A stretch of 52,056 nucleotides of DNA, the filler included, from Basidiobolus ranarum (lineage: Eukaryota), in the NCBI GenBank assembly GCA_040143965.1. It is 3 parts of 3 records of this genome, joined end to end, with 100 filler letters (N's around TTAATTAATTAA, not from the genome) between each part and the next. Parts side by side here need not be neighbours in the genome. Positions count along the whole stretch, not along the records: positions 34,810 to 52,056 come from JASJQH010000310.1; 2 more parts are not named here. One strand, written 5' to 3'. The notes under the pieces are model-generated. The model did no database searches. It was not told the DNA's origin and was given only the letters and a program-made list of their open reading frames with translations. Of the stretch, positions 46,957-52,056 are shown piece by piece (within the stretch, counting starts at the first letter, position 1; each line of letters starts with the position of its first letter). The translations under genes and the position numbers were made by a program.

Positions 46957-47137
46957 GGACTTGTTCCCTGTGACAGTGTCAGATTATGATCTATATATTA
47001 TTTTGGATATAGCATTCTAAAACTTATGTGGCACAATTTGCTCCTTCCAGCACCCTCTGGCATGATCAGTTTGAAGCACAATTACTCTACTATATTGAGC
47101 CAAGGTCTGATAATCCCTGACACAATGGAACAAGCTT
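46957..47137. mobile_element. MITE copy 1 (181 bp), TIR GGACTTGTTCC / GGAACAAGCTT, TSD ATT
   Basis: Flanked by ATT (46954-46956 and 47138-47140). Aligns end-to-end with 49736-49917. Confidence 0.8.
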
Positions 47138-47299
47138 ATTGGAAACAAACAACTAACAGCTCATATATCAGGTATAGCATTTTCAGTATTTCTTTAGCTG
47201 ATACCTTATGAGTATAGGCACATATATTTTGAACAAATCTACCAAATGTCAGAAATGATGAGCAAAGATATATATTTCAAAATTTATCAAAAGCACAAA

Positions 47300-48290
47300 A
47301 TACCCTTACCTTTGTTGAAGTTAGTATAGTCCTAAAATCTTTATAGCCATGCAAACTAATCCAAGGAAAGGCTTAAATTTCTGAAATCTCTGCTTGGCTA
47401 ATGCTTTGTTAATATATCAGTAATCATGTTTTCTGTAGAAAAATAATTCAAGTCCATATACTTGTTTTTCATAGTCTCTCTAGTAAGCAGATGTCTAATA
47501 TCTATGTTTGCATTTAGTATAAAATATGGTATTTATAGCTAATTGATGCATCTTTCACTTTCTTGAGATGCTGTAATTAGTGAATTTTGAAAATAACCCC
47601 AATCAGTTAAAGATTTTCTGCACCTTATTGCTTCTTCTGTTGCTTCAAAAGCAGCCATATATTCTGCTTCTATTGTTGAAAGTTCAATAATAAGTCAATT
47701 CTATGAATTTCTACCTATAGCTCCATTATGGCATAAAAACATATATCATCTTGTAGATCTCCTGTCTTCTACATCTATTCCCCAATTTGCATCTGAGTAT
47801 CAAATGCAATATAAGTTTGATCCCAAATATATATATTTTAAGTGCAAATCAATAGTTGCACTCAAATATCTGAAAGTCTGCTTAAATGATATATTTTGAT
47901 CAGCTCCATCATTTTGAAGATGTTGGCACATAACTCCACAAAATATGTGATATCTGGCCATGTTCTGACCATGAGATATATCAAGCCACCAATTATTGAA
48001 TGATAAGGAAATTTCAGGCTTTCATTTGAATCCAAGTATATCTAGTTTGAACCATTTTTGGTCAAGTTAACTGATTGACTTTGTGCTCAGATGCAGTCAC
48101 CATACTCCATATTTTCCTCTTTGGGAATTACTGCTTGTACCACAAGTCACCAGACTTTCAACAGATATGACTCCATTGGGATATATACTTGATCATATTC
48201 TTCTATTTTAAACCTCTTCATTGTATCTAGGATATACTTGGACTGGTTTAAAGTTTTTGTTCTAGTTGCGTTATCTATCTAGTTGACATT
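47300..48290 (-). mobile_element. Degenerate Ty1/copia RT-RNase H fragment (element A)
   Basis: Minus-strand remnants QSKYILDTMKRFKIEE, FPYHSIIGGLIYLMVRTWPDI, YSDANWGIDVEDRRST, STIEAEYMAAFEATEEAI. Many stops and frameshifts. Confidence 0.85.
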
Positions 48291-48685
48291 AGTCATGATC
48301 CTGCTGAAAGCAGCATTGCCTAATGTTGGATAGTTAGTCTATATTCTGCTGAAATTAGGATTGCCTAAACATCTATATAGTCATATATAGCTTAGTACTT
48401 GGTTATCTTATAACTCACCAAGATATTATCTACTATTCTCAACTGGAATTTATTGAAAATATTTTTACCAACTAAGAAGTTCTCACATATATAGATTTTT
48501 CAAAGAAGCCCTAAACTTTGCATACATGTTCCTGGGACCTTCCTTAACACATTCTACATGTTAGTTTGCTTACATCTTGACAAAACTATTAATGTCAACT
48601 TTCTACTCAATAAATCAATAAGTGAAAGCCACCAATTCCTCTAATTCTCCAAATTACTTTGAATGGGCTCCCAAATACTCTAACA

Positions 48686-48697
48686 GGTTATGAGCCC
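48686..48697 (+). promoter_or_regulatory. Primer-binding site complementary to the anticodon stem-loop of initiator tRNA-Met (Ty5/Drosophila copia type)
   Basis: GGTTATGAGCCC directly after the LTR end AACA. Confidence 0.8.
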
Positions 48698-49735
48698 CAA
48701 GCTTGCACTCTCTGTAATGTCTACTTCTCAAGCTTATGGAACTTTTCCATCTTCTGAAAAATTGGATGGAACAAATTATCAAGTTTGGAAACTTAAAATG
48801 AAAATGCTGCCACAAGAAAAAGGACTTTGGGATACTATTTTAAGAGAGGAAAACAATGCAAAATTATCTGAAACCAAAGTTTTACTACAGGTTAAAAAAA
48901 GCAAAGTGCCTTTAACACAATTTGTCCTAATGTTAAAGACAAATAGCTAATTCAATATTCAAGAGCTAAAACTGCCAATAAGGTATAGAAAGCCTTGAAA
49001 GACACCTACTAAGCAAGTTCTGCTGCTAACAAGATGTTTCTAAGAAGACAATTTCTTAACTTAAAGATGAAGCCAGGAGAAGACATTAAATCACCAATTA
49101 ATAGAGTCACTATTTTAGTGATGAAACAGAATGCATTGGAGTACCAACTACTGTTCAAGATATCATAGTTACAGTCATTAATTGACTGCTACACAGGTTT
49201 CAGAGCCTAGTAATGGCTCTAGAATCAAGAACTGAAAATTTGACCTTAAATTATGTATATGGTGGACTTCTAGATGAAGATTTATGCAAATCAGGATCCA
49301 ACCAAAAAAATGAAGAAAATGATTCAATAGGGTATGGGAAACCTTCCTACTAAGGTCACAAGCACTTTAAGAAGTAAAGTAACACATTCTGTGATTACTT
49401 TAAAAGAACTGGCCATTTAAGCATAGATTGCTTTAAAAGAATTGCAAAAAAGAAAAATGTACCAAAGCTGGAAATGTGGTTATAACAGAAGTTCACTTGT
49501 TCATAGCTACCCTAACTATGACTACCAACAAGGATTCCCAGATGTGATATATTGATTCTGGAGGCTCCCAAGATTTCACAAATGAACAACATTGGTTTGA
49601 GGATTATGAAGAAATCCCAATTAGAAAGGTTTTCCAGGGAGATGACTGCACATAGAATGCCATTGGAATGGCAACAATTCAAGTCAACTTAACATGAGCT
49701 GCTGAAGAGAAAGTGCATACATTTAGCAATGTACT

Positions 49736-49917
49736 GGACTTATTCTCTACAATAGTGCCAGATTGTGCTATATATATCATATTGGATAATGTACTCTAAA
49801 GTTCATGTGGAATAATTTGGCACTATTCAGCACTGTCTGGTATGATCAATTTCAATCACATTTACTCTATTATAAAGATCCTAGGTCCAATAAAACCTGG
49901 CTCAATGGAACAAGTCC
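49736..49917. mobile_element. MITE copy 2 (182 bp) inserted in the copia protease region, TSD ACT
   Basis: GGACTTATTC...GAACAAGTCC flanked by ACT/ACT. Removing it and one TSD restores FSNVLHVPDIAKNLISV. Confidence 0.88.
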
Positions 49918-51031
49918 ACTACATGTTCCAGATATTGCCAAGAATTTAATATCTGTATGCAAGGTCACCGCAGAAGGGCTAAAATTCAATTTTGATAAGT
50001 CTGGATGCACTATCACTGATCAAAATGGGAATTATATAGCTTTGGGAGAAACAGATTGGAACTTATACAAACTTACATATAATCCAAGAGGTTTATGTGT
50101 AAATATAAGTTATTCCAATCAAGAAACTATTCAATTATGGCGTAAGAGATTTGGCCACATTGGATTCAATTATTTGAGCAAAATGATCAAAAATTGCCTA
50201 ATATCTGGAATTCAAACTAACCCCCCCTCCAACTAAAATGGAAATTTATGAGAGTTGCATATAAGGAAAACAAGCCAGGCAACCATTCAAGAGCTCTAGG
50301 TTAATCAAATCTGTCAAAAATTGGATCTAATTCATTCAGATATGTATGGACCTATGCAAACTTCATCTTCAGGTGGAAAAAGATATTTAATCACATTTAT
50401 TGATGATTATACAAGTTACACTTTGGTCTACTTTACGGTAAGAAAAGAAGAAGCTCTCTCTATCTTTGAAGATTTAAAACACATGTGGAGACTGAAACTG
50501 AAACTAAAATCAAGAAAATAGATACTTAGGTAATAATGGTGGAGAATATACTTCAACACTATTTAAGAATTTTGGCAAAGTTTATGGAATTCAGCTAGAA
50601 AGTATCACCCCATATTCTCTTCAACAAAGTGGAGTTGCTGAAAGAGCTAACAGGATCATAATGGGAATGGCAAGATCTATGACAAATGCACAAAATTTAT
50701 CTCATAACTTTTGGGTGGAATCTGTTGCAACAGCTGCGTATCTGAAGAATAGGAGTTTTACAAGAAGTCTTTCTAACTCTATACCATATCAAGCTTGGTT
50801 TGGAGTTGAATCAGATATAAAACATTTGAGGATCTTTGGATGCATTGCTTATGTCAAGATTATGACCAAAATTTGGTCTCAATTTGATCCAAAAAGTAAG
50901 AAATGCATATTTCTGGGTTGTTGTACTCAAACTAAGGCCTACAGACTCTATGATACCAAAATATCCAAGTTATTCAAGCCCAGGGATGTTTTGTTTAATA
51001 AAAATAAAAAAGTTATTGGGAAAATATGGGC

Positions 51032-52056
51032 TGTTGGGAGGAACTTTAGAAAAGTGGAGTTGTGAATTACTTTGTGAGATTAAGTATTTATTGTCCAGAA
51101 ATCAAGCATTTATACATTTTGGTGAAAATACAGAAAACTAACACTGGGGTTGTGTTCAAAACATCTATGGGAGTAAAATGAGCTATCATTGGGGCAATTT
51201 GGACAAGTTTGAAATTTCCAGTATGGAATTGATAATTCTCACATTGTTCACATATATATATATAATATGTTTCATTTTTCAGCTAACTAAGATTTAACTA
51301 AGTAATGTTAACTAAATTATATGTGATATACGAGATAGCTTAATGTATAACGGTAGAGATAACAAATATGATAAAGACAATAAACTTCAACACTCCCACT
51401 CAACTAAATATTTATATATCTTAATCCAGACTTGTATCTTAATTCTTCAATTTTGGCTTGGGTAATGGTTTGGAAAGGATGTCAGAAATCATGTCCTCAG
51501 TTGGACAGTACACTAGTTGGACATGCTTATTCTCAATAGCTTCCCTAACAGAGTGATGTTAAATGTCAATGTGCTTACTTGTTGTATGAAATTTGGGATT
51601 TTTAGCTAATGAAATACAACTTTGATTATCCTTGAAAATTATGGTGGGTGAACTCTGAAAAATGCACAAGTCTTTGAGCAGTTTCCTTAACCACATAGCC
51701 TCCTTTGTTGTATGTGATGCTGCCATGTACTCCACTTCAGTTCTTGAAAGTGTGATGGTGGGTTGTTTCTTCCTATTCCAAGATATGGCTGCTTCACTAT
51801 AGAGAAAGGTATATCTCGTGATAGATCTTCAGTCCTCAATATCACATCCCCAATCTGCATCACTAAACCCAATTAGATCCTTTTTCTCATAAGAATATGT
51901 GTATCTTAATCCTGGATCAATTGTGTCCTTCAAATATCTGAAAATCCACTTAACTGCTGCATAATGCTCAGATCCTGGGTTTTGCATATGTTGGCTAATT
52001 ACTCCCACTGCAAAAGAGATATCTGGCTGGGTTCCAGTTGTAACATAGATCAAACT
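51032..52056 (-). mobile_element. Degenerate Ty1/copia element C: RT-RNase H, PPT and 3' LTR (51032-51392), continuing beyond the window
   Basis: IYVTTGTQPDISFAVGVISQHMQNP...IGFSDADWG, and the RNase H end (SKHIDI.HHSVRE, YCPTEDMISDIL). PPT TTGAGTGGGAG is followed by a TGTTG...CAACA LTR on the minus strand. Confidence 0.88.

Larger units (their letters stand above)
48324..51010 (+). mobile_element. Degenerate Ty1/copia element B: 5' LTR (48324-48685), PBS, gag-protease-integrase
   Basis: TGTTGG...CTAACA LTR followed by GGTTATGAGCCC. gag KLDGTNYQVWKLKMKML, eroded zinc knuckle (~49387-49435), protease IDSG (~49551), LWRKRFGH, integrase DLIHSDMYGPM/FIDDY/NGGEY/QQSGVAERANR, KCIFLG..KAYRLYD. Multiple stops. 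Confidence 0.9.

Noticed and set aside
48070-48175. ~90-bp extra segment inside element A RT
   Set aside because: It looks like a further small insertion, but termini and TSD could not be defined.

Overview
Eukaryotic (fungal) genomic DNA with compact genes, short GT-AG introns, chitin synthase, GH72 and GH18. The combination with an intronless bacterial-style NRPS suggests an early-diverging fungus such as Basidiobolus (inference only). The window is three contigs joined by artificial 100-bp linkers (44 N + TTAATTAATTAA + 44 N at 17316-17415 and 34710-34809), so adjacency across these points is unproven. Segment 1 holds the 3' ~9.3 kb of a multimodular NRPS (A'-T-C-A(N-MT)-T-C-A-T-TE), two small secreted/GPI proteins, an AAC4-like protein and the 3' half of a GH72 gene. 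Segment 2 holds housekeeping genes: APS kinase, an SCP/Psr-type phosphatase, a DnaJ protein, CCT3, chitin synthase, glycerol kinase and QTRT2. Segment 3 holds a truncated ~31-aa Arg/Gly/Tyr/Glu/Gln tandem-repeat protein, a GH18 chitinase, kinesin-14, RPS23, RPS21, eIF3j and two Rtc3/SBDS-N paralogues. It ends in a CpG-depleted nest of three Ty1/copia relics plus two copies of a ~181-bp MITE. The most notable items are the N-methylating, TE-terminated NRPS with a mosaic module history, the charged tandem-repeat protein, the AAC4-like putative nuclease, the MITE family and the Ty5-type half-tRNA primer site. Exon boundaries were read by eye. Many starts in the supplied ORF track are GTG/TTG artefacts and are corrected here.
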